DNA of 64,000 nucleotides from Tubiluchus corallicola (GCA_030141605.1 JAQGDQ010000373.1:164636-228635); one strand, 5' to 3'. Shown: positions 38,905-52,299, numbered from the stretch's first letter. Numbers and translations are program-made. Notes: generated from the letters alone by a model not told the origin.

Positions 38905-39180
38905 GTCAAAGCCGTCTGGCACCCTACGGCAATGCGACAAGGATTAGGAATCTTTCCGCCTTTCTGGTAACTGTAGAATTTCAAAGATTTTTCGATAGAG
39001 GCGAGTACCTCTCAAGAATTCACCAAATTAGTAAACTTATTGCTCAGCCAAAGTCGCCTGGCACTCTACACCAATACGACAAGGACTGACAGCTTTTTTG
39101 CCACCCACTGTAGTAACTGTAGAATTCCAAATATTGTTTGACAGAGACGTGTACCTTCAAGAATCTGCCGAATTAGCAAG
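38905..39180. repeat. Diverged ~142-bp tandem duplication
   Basis: AAAGYCGYCTGGCACYCTAC...CGACAAGGA...TAACTGTAGAATT twice (~38908 and ~39050). Confidence 0.75.
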
Positions 39181-39216
39181 TTAAGTCCAATCATGGGAAG
39201 TCCTTAAATAGTTTAA

Positions 39217-39804
39217 AGGAAAACTGGACCCAATTTTAATCTGTAGGTCCAAACAACCTATTCTTTAAAATATTGGAAGGAGACATACCATTTTGTCAAA
39301 AAAAGACGTAAAAGAATTATTACCATACAGACACAATTTCGCATTCGCTGTTACATTCACTTCAGCATTCGCTAGTTAGACGGGCGCTGGTGCCCGCATT
39401 TTGGAAAAGCATTACACAAAAAAAACAGATACTGTACCTCTCAGTTTTGATGTGTTAGTTTATGACGCACTGCACACGTTCGACAGCTCATGCGTGAGCA
39501 CGGCGATAAATTTGAATTTTCATCTTAAAACTTGCCTATTTTTAGTACAACGCACTGAATATCTTACAGTAGCACTGCACTTCAATTTTCGCTTTCACAA
39601 ACACGCTCGTGGAATATTTTTACTGTTGAATATTAGTTAGTTTGCGATGTCTCGTCAATAGTTGGGCTCACTCGCCGTTCAATAAGTTTTTAATCTATAA
39701 ATTTAATTATCAGAAACGGGCTTTTGAATTAACAGCGTTAAAATGTATATTTTTTATCGTACTTGAAATTGAGGGTAGTATATGAAACACCATCCTATCT
39801 TCCT
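39217..39804 (+). mobile_element. Kolobok-type MITE (family B)
   Basis: TTAA|AGGAAAACTGGACCC ... CATCCTATCTTCCT. Confidence 0.82.
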
Positions 39805-40239
39805 AACACAACAACTTAACACAACATCCAACGAAGGCAGAAGCATGTTGATCTTTCATGTATTTCTCAAGCTAAATGCATATATGTTAATTTCCAGACA
39901 ATTTACTCATTAAATTCGACAAGATTTCTCAGTAAAATATCGGCAAGGGATTTTGTCTAAAGTGCCTATGATGAATTTAATTAATGCCGAGGCATTATAC
40001 GTCACAGTTTGGCTAACAGGCACTCGCGCGAATGAAAATCAAATTAATATTTCAGCTTAGGCTTACCAGAAATTTGCGCCAACTACCGACTAGCACATTT
40101 TCCGAAGGCGATTTATAATCGTCAAGATTTCAGACAGAGCGAAAATTAAAGGAAAGCAAGACGATTCTTCATATCACTTGGAATTATGGTTAAAGGTATA
40201 CATTCTGACACCTGTAATCACACTTTTTTGTCAAAGTGT

Positions 40240-40680
40240 TTCTGATAATTAAATAAGATTAAAACTTAGAGACCGCAAAAAGCCATGACGTCAGAAACGA
40301 GCATGATTTTTAACGCAAAAGGCATTCCACGAGCGTGTTGCATGCATGCATTTGCGAAAGCGCAAATTAAAATACAGTGCAACTGTAGATCGACTGTGAG
40401 ACACAAAAATTGGGTAAATTTATGTTTAAAAATTTAAATTACATGTGCGCAACTGTGTTACCATGCGTTTTCACCACAAATGTGCACCACATCAGAACTG
40501 AACTGAGAGGTACAGCGCCTGTTTTTTATGCAACGTGATTCGAGATCTACATCATCATTACAATCAACAGGTAATATGTGCCCTAGATCGTTTTCACTTT
40601 TGCTGACGTTAATTGATTTACCATTCATAATTAGGAAAAACTTTTCCAGAATCTTTTTAGGGATAAAGTATCTAAACATT
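40240..40680 (-). mobile_element. Old family B fragment (40240-40540) joined to a short LINE RT fragment (~40545-40680)
   Basis: Family B motifs; minus-strand NGKSINVSKSENDLGHIL..DCNDDVDL resembles the RT 'YLGH.I..DL.DD.DI' segment. Confidence 0.5.
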
Positions 40681-42009
40681 TGGTTTCTGACTCATTAAAC
40701 GCCATGTTACTAGAAAGAGCAAAATTTTCTCATATACCTAATAAATTCCGTACAATTTTTAACGATGAGCTGGATTCCGACCCTGCCACACTTCCTCAAG
40801 ATTAGTAGTGGGGCGTGCTGTCGACTGTGGCAACCAAATTGTAGAAATCTATCTGGCAAACTCCAAATTATTAAATTAGATTATGATCGTAAGAAACCAT
40901 TGCAGTTTGTTTTACAATAATTATTACCCATTGTAGGTAATGATTCGAAGAAAGGAGACGTTGAAAAATTAAGAACCAGTCGCGAGTTGAACCCGAGACA
41001 TGTGAACTCCAAATTATAAAAACTGTTTCTATACGCACGTTAGTTCACAGCGTCAAAAGGAACTGCATTTCTCAGAGCTTCATCATTAGAATTAAATCAA
41101 CCTAAATTTAGTCTGCATAGGAACACGCTATGATAAACATCCGGCAACTCTAACATGACATCCCACAATTCCAAGAATAACAGTAAAGCAGAAACTTAGG
41201 GAAAGCAAAAGTGCAGTAAAAACTGCGTGACAGGAAACCATGCAGCCCCCCCCCCCGCCCGGAAGCCAAGAGATGTTGCCGTGCCTGCTGTTGCTGCCAC
41301 GGTGACACGCAAACAGATGAAGCCAGACAACCGTAATGCAATCAAGAAAAGCTTTCGAAAGCAATGATAACCTAGGCTTTTGCAGTAGACCTCAGCTGAC
41401 AAGTCAATACAAGCAAACGTTTGCAGTAACTTCACAAAGCAAATTCAATTTTAACTGCACCTACACGACAGGAAGCCATGCAAAACGGCTGCAGCAAAAC
41501 CTTGCCCAGCTGTACTATACTGCAGCAAAACCTTGCCCAGCTGTACTATACTGTAGCAAACTATACAGTAACTAGTTTCAACGGTTCAAGAATGAAAAAG
41601 GACTAGCAGGGAAGACTGTCTCCCAGAATTTCAAATGCAAACAGCTACGAATCGCTCCGAAACAAACGCGCCGACTGAGCAGTCGCCATGTTGCTGGTTG
41701 CCATAGTTACCGGGCGATGATTTGTCGCGAGTTTGAATCGACCAGTTCTCCTGTGCATTAGGTAGAAGAAAACCGGCGGAAGCGACGCAATTAATAACGT
41801 GTTTGGGAAAAACATTCCGAGCACAGGAAGTCACCTGCCAGACGAGTACTGAACACAATGAAACATGGTTTCTTGATGTTGACAAAACGTTTTACTGGCT
41901 GCACTTAAGTACTGTTTAGAACAACTGACACATCAAGTAGTGCCACTGTCAAACTAATCCTTACAGCTCTAGATCATTACTAGTAATACAGTATATAACT
42001 GCTACTTAA

Positions 42010-42830
42010 AGGAAAACGATTTCTCATATACTACACCGTTTTCAAGTTCGATAAAAAAGTACACCTTCTAACACGATTAATACTGCAAAAGCGATTCAGA
42101 TAATTAAATAATAGATTAAAAACTTAATTAACGACGGGCGAGCCCAACTGTTGATGACATCACAAACTAACACATTTTTCAACAGCAAAAACATTCCATG
42201 AGCGTGTAGCACGTGTCTGCCAAAGCAAAAATTGAGGTACAGTGCTACTGTAAGATATTCGGTGTGTTGTACTAAAACTAGACGTAGATATACAGCACCT
42301 GTTTCAATATTTTAGAGAATAGATTGTTTTTACCTAGATCAAGATGTCGTCTGGTTTTGCTTTAAAGGAAAACAAGACGATTTTTCATATCCTACACCAT
42401 TTGAAGTACGATAAAAACAACATAACAATAGTGCCGAATAAATAATAAGTTAAAAACTTAATTAACAGAGAGTAAGCCCAAGTAGTGATGACATCACAAA
42501 TGAACATAATTTTTGCACGTTTGTGAAAATGAAAATTGAAGTACAGTGCAAATGTACAACATTCACTGTGCTATACAGAAACTCAGCAAATTTTAACTTA
42601 AAATTCAAATTTCAAGTTTAGTGCTCTGCTCACACCTCTGGAACTTGTGCACTACATCACAATTGAACACCTCTGAACCGAGAGGTACAGTACCTATTTT
42701 TCTGCAACGCGTTTCTGAGACGCAGGCTCCAGTGCCCATCTAAGAAGCAAACAGTGAAATGCATACGTGTAATGGCGAAGAACTAGCCAAGAGAATGCAA
42801 AATATGTTTTTGCAATAATCATTTTGCAGA
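42010..42830 (-). mobile_element. Two family B MITEs in tandem sharing one TTAA (42010-42361 internally deleted; 42366-~42830 older)
   Basis: ...GGTTTTGCT|TTAA|AGGAAAACAAGACG..., with TTAA at 42362-42365. Confidence 0.8.
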
Positions 42831-43037
42831 AAGCATCGCTCACAGAAAATGTCGACCCATTAGACAATACTTGCTCACCATTAAGTTTGATGGAAAATGT
42901 TTAAAACTTTCTTACAATTAGTAATGCAGGGTTTACTAATATCACGGAATGCTGCATAGCGAAAGCCGTCTGCCAAATTCAAATGCCCTCCTCTACAAGA
43001 GATACAATTGGGACGGTACTATATATATATATATATA

Positions 43038-43092
<55 letters not shown>

Positions 43093-43528
43093 GAGAAATT
43101 TTCCTGTTCCTGACACTCACACATCCATTTGCTAACTAGACCAGGTGCTGCTTCACTTCAGAAAACGAACGTGCACTGTCACCACTAACCCATTCCCTTG
43201 CTCCAAAGTGACTGGATGATATTCGGGTTGATAAACCTGATTTCCGTGCAATGTTCGTACTTTAAAAAACATACTCTACTTCTATGCACAAGGAATTTAA
43301 TATTAAATATCAAAACATTTAACTATAGAATGAAGAATCCGCAAATACCCGTCATCATATTTAATACCCGTAGGCCTATTAATTATGAACATTGAACGAG
43401 TTTGCAGACATGTTGCCAGTTGGTACCTGAACGTCAAAACAAAATTAATCTTAGATTTATTTAGCAAAATATTTTAGCAAATAACGACTGCTTCTAATAT
43501 GACCAATTTCAGCAAAAAACAAACTTAC

Positions 43529-44611
43529 CTGTAACTCGCACCAAGCCACCTGCACAGCCGTTTCCGTGTCCAGACCACGATAGACGGTCTTGAACGCTCC
43601 TCGGCCGACCTCCTCACGAAATTTGAGAAAGCGCCCTCCAGGCGACTGCTCGATGGCCTCCTCGATTTTCTCGTCGTCCGACTGTTTCTGTAACTTCGCC
43701 AGTTCCTGATTGGCTTCCTCAAGTTGTTGTCTAAGATTTCTTTCGCGATCTTCACTCTGCTTTACCTGTTCTTCGCTCTGAGGTTCACGCTTCGTCGACG
43801 TCGATGCGGACGAATCCGCCACAGTCGTCTCTTTCTCTAGCTTCTCCGTTTCGTACTTTTCCTTCTTGCGCTCCGAGTCCAGGTTATCTGGAGATGTATC
43901 CATCTGCTCTTTGGATGCGTCGGCTTTTTCGGTTCCGTTTTCCGCTGCCGGCAACTCGGCGATGTCAACTCTTTCCACGGGCTGTACGGCCGGTGTAAGG
44001 GAAGCCGAAACGACTGCAGCTTTGGAAGTGCAAGAGGGGGACGATTTTGATTTCATCTTATCACTACCATCACACTCGGGCGACGCACCATTTTTTGTCA
44101 CTTCATTTAAACTGCTAGTCCTATCTGGCTTTTGATCACTGTTGCGCTCCTTATCCGCCTTGAGTTTTAAAACGTTGTTACCGTTCGTAGTTTTTTTCTG
44201 AACTGGGTCGCACAATTTAAGATCGGGTCTGATATTTTTAGGGCTGACGCTACGTTGCTTAAGTGGGATTTCTTTGCGATCAATCCCGTTGCTCAACCTC
44301 GCTTCGGATTTTGGAGGCGTTTTTGGCCCTTTTGGGTTAGGATTTGGTCGGTTTCCGTTCCTTGTTAATTTTGCACCCGAGGGGGAGTCATGACCGCTTC
44401 CGATTGATTCGCTGCCCTGCGTCGGACTTCTGCCCCGCTTAAACAGACCTGCCCCTTTTACCTTCTTGTCCTGCTTCTCATTAGACCTGCCGGAGCTCGA
44501 CAGCCGAGAAAAGATGGACGCCTTCTTCGGAGATGTGCCTTTTGGCGTCTCCTGATGTTCGACGGAGTTCAAATCCTCACTAGAGGTGGCGCTGCGGCCA
44601 CCGCGGCTCAT
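43529..44611 (-). CDS. WNK: WNK kinase, first coding exon (long low-complexity N-terminus plus kinase subdomains I-II)
   Basis: [39 protein letters not shown]: Lys in the Gly-rich loop and Cys at the usual subdomain II Lys, diagnostic of WNKs; donor CAG|gtaagt; ATG at 44611 (361 codons) chosen because an acceptor tattttgcag| lies at 44646/44645; an upstream in-frame ATG at 44665 is the alternative. Confidence 0.93.
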
Positions 44612-46434
44612 AGTGTTACGAGCAACCGACTTCCCGACACTCTCTCTGCAAAATATGCAAGACATTACGTGCTTCAACAGTGTGAAACCAGGTAGCTGTC
44701 CAGCATCGCAGCTGCAAACTAAACGCACGCTTTCACGCAAACTAGATAATGAATCGCAACTGACATTTTCGACAGTTTTGCGTCCTCGTTAAAAATGAGA
44801 AATTCACACATGTAAGTACCAACTAGCGAATGCGGCAGAACTTCTCGCACAGTGATTTGAAAGCAAGTGCAAATTATATTAACACAGTGAACAAATTGAA
44901 ATTTTCACGCTCATCTCATGGTTCTATATTAATTTGCACATGTCTGCTTGTCTCAGAAAATCTTCAGTGAAACAGGAAAATAAACTGCAGCGATGCAGCA
45001 GCAGTGCCGCACAAACTACAACTGCAGGAAGCACAAGTCAATAATGGGGATTTTAAAGTAAACTGCTGGCGCTAGCTTACAAACGAAACAACTAGTAGTC
45101 ATAAAATCTGTCTGATGGACGACAAACTGAATTTACAAATTATGTTTGTTGTAGTATAGAAAATACACTAAATACAGAAAACTTTAGGCAAAATATGGCA
45201 TTCTAGGATATCCTTACATGAAATGGTGCAGCTATTAGTGAGGGGCAATTAATAGATTACAACCATATGTGAATCGATTCATTTGATGAATGAAAAGTAA
45301 TTCAGTTAATTGAGAGCAAATTATACGTGTTACACATCGACTAAAAGGAAGTGGCACAAATAAAGCGTTTTTTCTTCATTTTTCTCATCTTCCACAATGC
45401 ACACAATTGTGAACCACAATGTTGCAAACTGTGGGCTCCAAATTTGTTGACATGTGACACGTGTAGTGATGCAGACATAAAGTAGTTAACGAAAAGGCAG
45501 ATATGTGTTTATAAAAATAGTTCCCAAGTACGAAAATGGCAGGCAACGATGAAGCTTTGAAGACGTTAAGGCTATATTTCACCTGCCGCAAAAGATTAAT
45601 CGTGATATCAAAGCACAAGAACAAGAATATATAATTTGCAAAATTTCAAAAGTGACCATCACTAGTAGCTATTTGCTAATTTAAAATATTTCATATAAGC
45701 TACCTAAATGCCTGAACTGTATATTTCACATTTGCTGCACAGTTTAATTGTTAAGTTTATACAAAAACAGTTTCCAAATGTCAAATATGAAAACTGAAAC
45801 ACAGACTAAAAACCAGAAGGAGATTATAATAAGAAAAAAATCCATTGTTAAATGTAGGAATCCAAGATACTAACGTAGGAACTAAATCGCGCCATTAGAA
45901 AAAACCAAATAGATTTTTCCAACTTTAATGTAGAAAGTGAATAATGACGTTTTCTTTTCCTGGCAGAATCGGTGGTGCTGACAAACCTTAAAATGGCTGC
46001 ATGTAGTGTTAACCGGGCTAACTACTATTTAACAATTCTTTCATATTACAATTTTGCTCGATGAAAACTTAACAGGAAAAAAGAGGCAAAGAAAATTCAA
46101 TGACTCAAGCTCTTCTATAAGTCAATGACTAGTCTGTAATACGAGCTTCTTCGCTTCTCTACTGTACAGTACTGTACAGAAACAAGTGTAAACCAGTAAA
46201 CGACAGGCTACTAGTTGACATTTTCAAACAAACTATTTTGTCGTGTATGAACGAACTGGCTCTCTCTCTCGGAAAACCATACAAAATATAAGGTTTTACT
46301 TCGTTTATACTATGAGCTAGGGTTAAGGAAAATGCGCACTTCTTTGAATTTACTTATCTACAGCTTGTACAGTAGCAACTAAGACAACAAAAAACTACAT
46401 TATCTGACCATATTTCATCAACCTAAACACTCAC

Positions 46435-46620
46435 CATTGTCCTGAGAATACCACATACAATATCCTTGAAGTTACTCTTCAAGAATATGATTTTCGTGGT
46501 GTAAATTTGCCACAAAGGACACACTACACTAAAAACAAAACGCCTCTTATTCACAAATTTTACACGTATGGCGACAAGCTAAGTTAGCCAACTGACAAGT
46601 TTGAAAGTAGTCCGACGCCG
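46435..46620 (-). other. Candidate upstream (leader) exon of WNK; 5' boundary unknown
   Basis: Consensus donor ATG|GTGAGT at 46435/46434, 1.8 kb upstream of the acceptor at 44646. Confidence 0.35.
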
Positions 46621-48491
46621 CGTATGATTCTTTAAGCTTTTTGATACGCTGCTCTGCTACACATTGATAAATGCAGTTTTTGTTTTTAGCACTGCTTTGC
46701 CAATGAATTTATAGCCACGCGCATACAAATGAATTAGATATTAATCTTGTCTAAAGTTTTATTACAACACTGTTGCAAAGCGGTTTATTTATAACGTCGG
46801 AGTTTAGCAGCTCACAGATTCCTACGCAGTAAGCATCCAAGTTGCTTGCGCCATCTCGGGTTAAGGAAGCGCATTAATTGCAAACTCATTGCGAAATTTC
46901 CATTAATTTTGGCGTCATTATTACACGTAGCTTGATCAACAAGATATCTCGGTTCTACAGTCATCACAGCTGCCTCAATAGAAAATAAGCCAGAAAAACT
47001 ATAATTAGAAAAACTGCAAAAATGGTGCTAAATTAAATTAAAACCGAACGCAGTTTCTTCTGACGCATTTACAATAGAACTTTATGAATACAAATAGGCT
47101 ACTGCGCAGTTAAAATGCATGAGTGACTTCAAAACCGAGGAATATTACAGAGAAAAATGAGTCAAAATATTCTTCGTGGAAAATTCGGTAACCTCTTTCA
47201 TACAGAAGGGATGTAGTCATATTTGATATACGCAGCCATGTTCTTAGTCTTGGGTTACCAAAAGAATCTGCTATCTACATAGCGCTTACTTATATCCTTG
47301 CGCAATGCAAGTACCAGACAAAAAAGCGTTTAAACAATCGCTTATCAGGCACATTTGCAGTAACTGTAACGAGTTAAACCTGCCAGCAGGGGTGAACTTA
47401 CGCAAACAGTCTGCCAGGGTGTTCAGAACTCCGCACTCCGTTCCATATTTCTGTAGACGATTTCGCCCAATTTTGTTGATGAAATTGCGTTGCCATCGTC
47501 AATTAGCAAGAACTGAAAAAAAAACTAACAGCTAACTGAACATAAAGTCACCCAAGCTTGTAATCCCGCCATTGTACAAGTTACTGTGTACTTAATTTGT
47601 AATAATGTAAAATGTTTAAGCATATAAATGAAACATAGAACATATAGAACATAGAAACAATAATTATCAATAAATAATGACGAAAGATGCCACGAGATAG
47701 CATAACAAAGTATTTGCGTTACTTGTGCACCTTGAAATTATTGCAATTATTACGTGAAATTATTACAATTACTACGCTACTATTATTAAAATAATGAAAT
47801 AATGAAAACAGCGATACGCTAAAGGTGCAGTTAGGTGCACAAAGGTAGAATACTATTGACGGACATTGTTGTTGCTTTGTTTCTAATAATCTCACAGTTT
47901 TTTACATAATCAAATCCCTGAAAATGGCAAAAAGGATTCATGATCCAGTCCAATAAGTCGTGACAAAAGGCTTCAGGTAATGAGCGTCAGAGGAGGCCCA
48001 CACGTTCTATCTCGCCTAGCTTAGCACGCCGTAGAACCTTCCACGCCTCCACCCCACCTCCCGATACACTAGTTAGTCAAAAACTTATTACATCCTTTCA
48101 CTAGCTAATGAAGATTAAGATTAAGATTAAGATTGTTTATTTATCTCCTTTAAGTTTTACAATACATGATAGACATAATAATAATTTTCACAATTTACAA
48201 ACTAATAAGTATTTGTTGGTAACCCACTTGGTGTTAAAAAGAAAGATCACAATTGTATGGAGAAAGGGTGGCGAAAGACCATGCGGCCCCACTAAGTCAG
48301 CCACCCCTATTTATAGATTTAATGCCGTTTATACGTGGCGGGATTAGAACTCATTTTCAACACTACTGATTTTAGAAATTCCTTCATTGAAGTTCAGTTT
48401 AGCGTAATAAAAGAAAATAATGCAAAAGTTGTCCATTATTAAAAGGGACAATTAAGTAAAGCAAAAACAAAATTAAATGATATAACATAAT

Positions 48492-48936
<445 letters not shown>

Positions 48937-49778
48937 AAAACATTTGAAAAACACCGTCTTGTATATGAGAACGGTAATGTTTGCATTAAGCTCAAATTTG
49001 TGCAGTATGTACTATGATAAAGACTTCATTTTAGTATAAATAACATTATTTACCTGTATCTCACCATCTGTGGTAGGTAGAAACTTGACACGCTGACTCA
49101 CAGATAGTGCACTAAAGCTCTCCAACCACGGGAGTGAAAATAAAAAAAAATTGCGGTGTCATTCATCTCATGCGGTAACGGAAACGCAAGGTGCACAGTC
49201 ACACATACAAAACTGCACAATTTTTCTTTAGTTAGCAGTTCTTGTATGTCTGCGACAAGAACGAAATCTTCTAGCATCTCAGAGTGAGCTGGTCAGAGTT
49301 TTTCGCTTGTCATCTCAAACCATTCACTAGTTCGTTACGTGCCACGGGCGGTGGGCGGTTCCATTTAATGCAAATGGTTCACTTAGGTGTACTACTTTTA
49401 GAACAAAAAATAGACATGACAGGGCGAGCTGGGGAAACATGTTGCTTTCCTGCATGGGTTGCACTTCCTGAACTGTTTTCGAACAAGAGTTAAACGAGCC
49501 TCGATCTAATAGGACAGACATTGTTCAAATCCATCATGGACCCGCAATGCATTCTAGATGTTTCGGTTCAAACATTCACATAGCATAACAGTTGAAAGTT
49601 TAACCAATCACTTATTGAAGAACTCACACTCTGACCCAAATCTGTTTAACAACGTTTCTTAGCTAGTGTGTCTGTGGGCTAATTGATAGCATTGTTAGTC
49701 TTTACTGAGTTTTGAGCCCTAAACTGAGTGTACAGTGAAATACAGTAACAACAATACGAGTCAGTATACCCAAGGGCC

Positions 49779-50909
49779 AGTTATTGTGGCCTACTAAGAG
49801 ATAGCTATCTAGACGCTTGTTATTGTAGGCCTACTAAGAGACAACATTTCTAATGACTTATTAATGTAGGTACAATAAGAGACAACGTACCTAGAAGCCT
49901 GTTATTGTAGGCTTAATAAGTGGCAGTGTAGGTTAACTAAGAGCCTTTTTATTGTCAGCCTAACAAGAGACAGTACCTATAGGCTTGCTGTTGAAGGCCT
50001 AATAAGAGGCAGCATACTTAGGCTTGTTATTGAAGTCCTAATAAGAGACAGTGTGCCTAGATTTTTTCGTGTAAGTTGCAATACTTTTCATTGTTTTCTC
50101 TCTCTGGCCGCGTCATTTTTATTAGGCCTTCAATAACAAGCCTCTAGGTATGCTGTCTCTAATTAGGCCTCCAATAACAAGCCTCTAGGCATGCTGTCTC
50201 TAATTAGGACTTCAATATCAAGTCTAGGTATGCTGCCTTTCATTGGGCCTCCAATAAAAAGCCTCTAGGTATGCTGTCTCTAATTAGGCCTCCAATAACA
50301 AGCCTCTGGGTATGCTATCTCTAAATAAGCCTCAAATAACAAGTCTCTGGGTATGCTGCCTCTAAATATGTTCCAATAACAAGCCTCTATGTATGGTCTC
50401 TAATTTGGTCTCCAATAACAAGCCTCTAGGTATGCTGTCTCTAATTAGGCCTCCAATAACAAGCCTCTGTGTATGCTGCCTCTAAATAGGCTCCAATAAC
50501 AAGCCTCTATGTATGGTCTCTAATTAGGCCTCCAATAACAAGCCTCTAGGTATGCTGTCTCTAATTAGGCCTCCAATAACAAGCCTCTAGGTATGCTGCC
50601 TTTCATTGGGCCTCCAATAAAAAGCCTCTAGGTATGCTGTCTCTAATTAGGTCTCCAATAACAAGCCTCTAGGTATGCTATCTCTAATTAGGCCTCCAAT
50701 AACAAGCCTCTAGGTATGCTGTCTCTAAATAAGTCTCAAATAACAAGTCTCTGTGTATGCTGCCTCTAAATAGGCTCCAATAACAAGCCTCTATGTATGG
50801 TCTCTAATTTGGTCTCCAATAACAATCCTCAAGGTATGCTGTCTCTTATTAGGCCTCCAATAACAATCCTCAAGGTATGCTGTCTCTTATTAGGCCTTCA
50901 ATAACAAGC
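49779..50909. repeat. 41-bp satellite array with an orientation switch
   Basis: 50120-50909 is AATTAGGCCTCCAATAACAAGCCTCTAGGTATGCTGTCTCT x ~19; 49779-50062 holds diverged reverse-complement copies. Confidence 0.9.
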
Positions 50910-51234
50910 CGTTCGCCGTAATAGATCTACTTAAATTTACAACAGAAAATATGCTATATACAATTTCTATTGCTCTCCCAGTACAGATACGGTATTATGT
51001 CTAATATGCGCCGTGTGGTATTTCCTTGAGCTTAAACAAACATTTTAGCAAGTTCTGAGTTGATTTAGCAATGGCCTTGATGAATATTATAGGAGATAAG
51101 AGAGAAATTGATTGTAGACAGGTAAATACAGGAAGACGCCTGGTCAGGTGTTCTTGGCAAGCGTCCAAGTGCAGAATAAGGTGAAATTATTTCAGGTAAA
51201 AAAATGTCAGTGATTATTACAAAATCTCCATTAA

Positions 51235-51662
51235 CCCTTTCATACCCGTTGTATCCCGTGGGACTGCCTTTAAAATCAATAAAATTTTAAAACTGACAGT
51301 TATTTGATCTGTTAATAGTTACTTTGATTTAAGCCAATAACAATAGACTAAAAATGGTGATAAAATGGCAAACTAGAAAATCTACATAACATAAAAAACT
51401 GCGCAAGGTACAATACTTTACAGACGTCTTCGTACAGATCAGCATAGCATGCATACTAAATGTCTTAAATACTTTAAAAAATTATCAACATTTGCAAAAT
51501 GAAGCACATTTTATGCTTCCATTGAATCCCAAAGTATCCCGTGGGATACAGGCTATATTTAGAAAAAAATAATTATTTGTGTAAACAAGATGGACATACT
51601 AAACAAAAGTACCAAGCCAAAATTTTTTTTCTTATTAAAAAAATAATTTGGGACTGAAAGGG
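51235..51662 (-). mobile_element. piggyBac-type MITE (family A, copy 2)
   Basis: TTAA|CCCTTTCATAC...ACTGAAAGGG|TTAA; reverse complement of 2512-2970 with small deletions. Confidence 0.9.
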
Positions 51663-52299
51663 TTAAGTTCAGTGTTGTCTATTGTTTTAGGCGTATCTGA
51701 TTTCTAAAATATCTAATTTATTTACTTTCTGTTAGATGAATAATAAGTTTAATAGATTTTAGAAATTTCAACAACAGGTAATTAAGCTCATCGAAAGAAC
51801 CTATTATGTACTGCGTAAATAATGTGCCGACATCTATCGGCAGAAAACGGGGTTAGTTTGTGCCGTTTGAAAAGTTTCTGTTATTTATTCTATATTACTG
51901 TTATTTCTTGAAGGAATACTGCACGCCATGTATGCTGTCATACAGCAAGAATTTTATTTGACGAAGGTAAAATTATTATTAATGTATTTGTTTTATATAC
52001 TGACAAAAATTTATGAGCATACTTGTGGCGCCATCAATCGGCAAAAAAAGCATTACACACGGCGTCCTTTTTATTTATGCATTAGCCCTGACGTAATTTA
52101 AATTGTTTTTCTATAAGATTTTCAATGCTCTAGCACAATGCCCTTTGTGCAAATAAATTAGCGCAGACACCCGGGTGAAAATTTAATCAATACAGTAAAA
52201 TTGCATAATTTTTTGTGGTAAAAATTATGTACATCTTCCTCTATATAGCATATTGCATATTTCAAATGAATATTTTCGTTTCTTAAAATAAAAAACGAT

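Larger units (their letters stand above)
4078..43528 (-). other. WNK: WNK intron between first and second coding exons (39,451 bp, GT-AG, phase 0)
   Basis: CAG|gtaagt at 43529/43528 joins in frame to ttcag|GAG at 4078/4077, giving VAWCELQ|ERKL, the same junction as vertebrate WNK1 WCELQ|DRKL. Confidence 0.88.

Noticed and set aside
40975-41010. Isolated tRNA B-box-like motifs (also ~3835 and ~31783)
   Set aside because: No cloverleaf or A box; at most SINE debris, not tRNA genes.
43457-44740. ORF-track limits for the WNK exon
   Set aside because: The ORF starts at a non-ATG codon upstream of a splice acceptor and runs past the donor at 43529; trimmed to 44611-43529.
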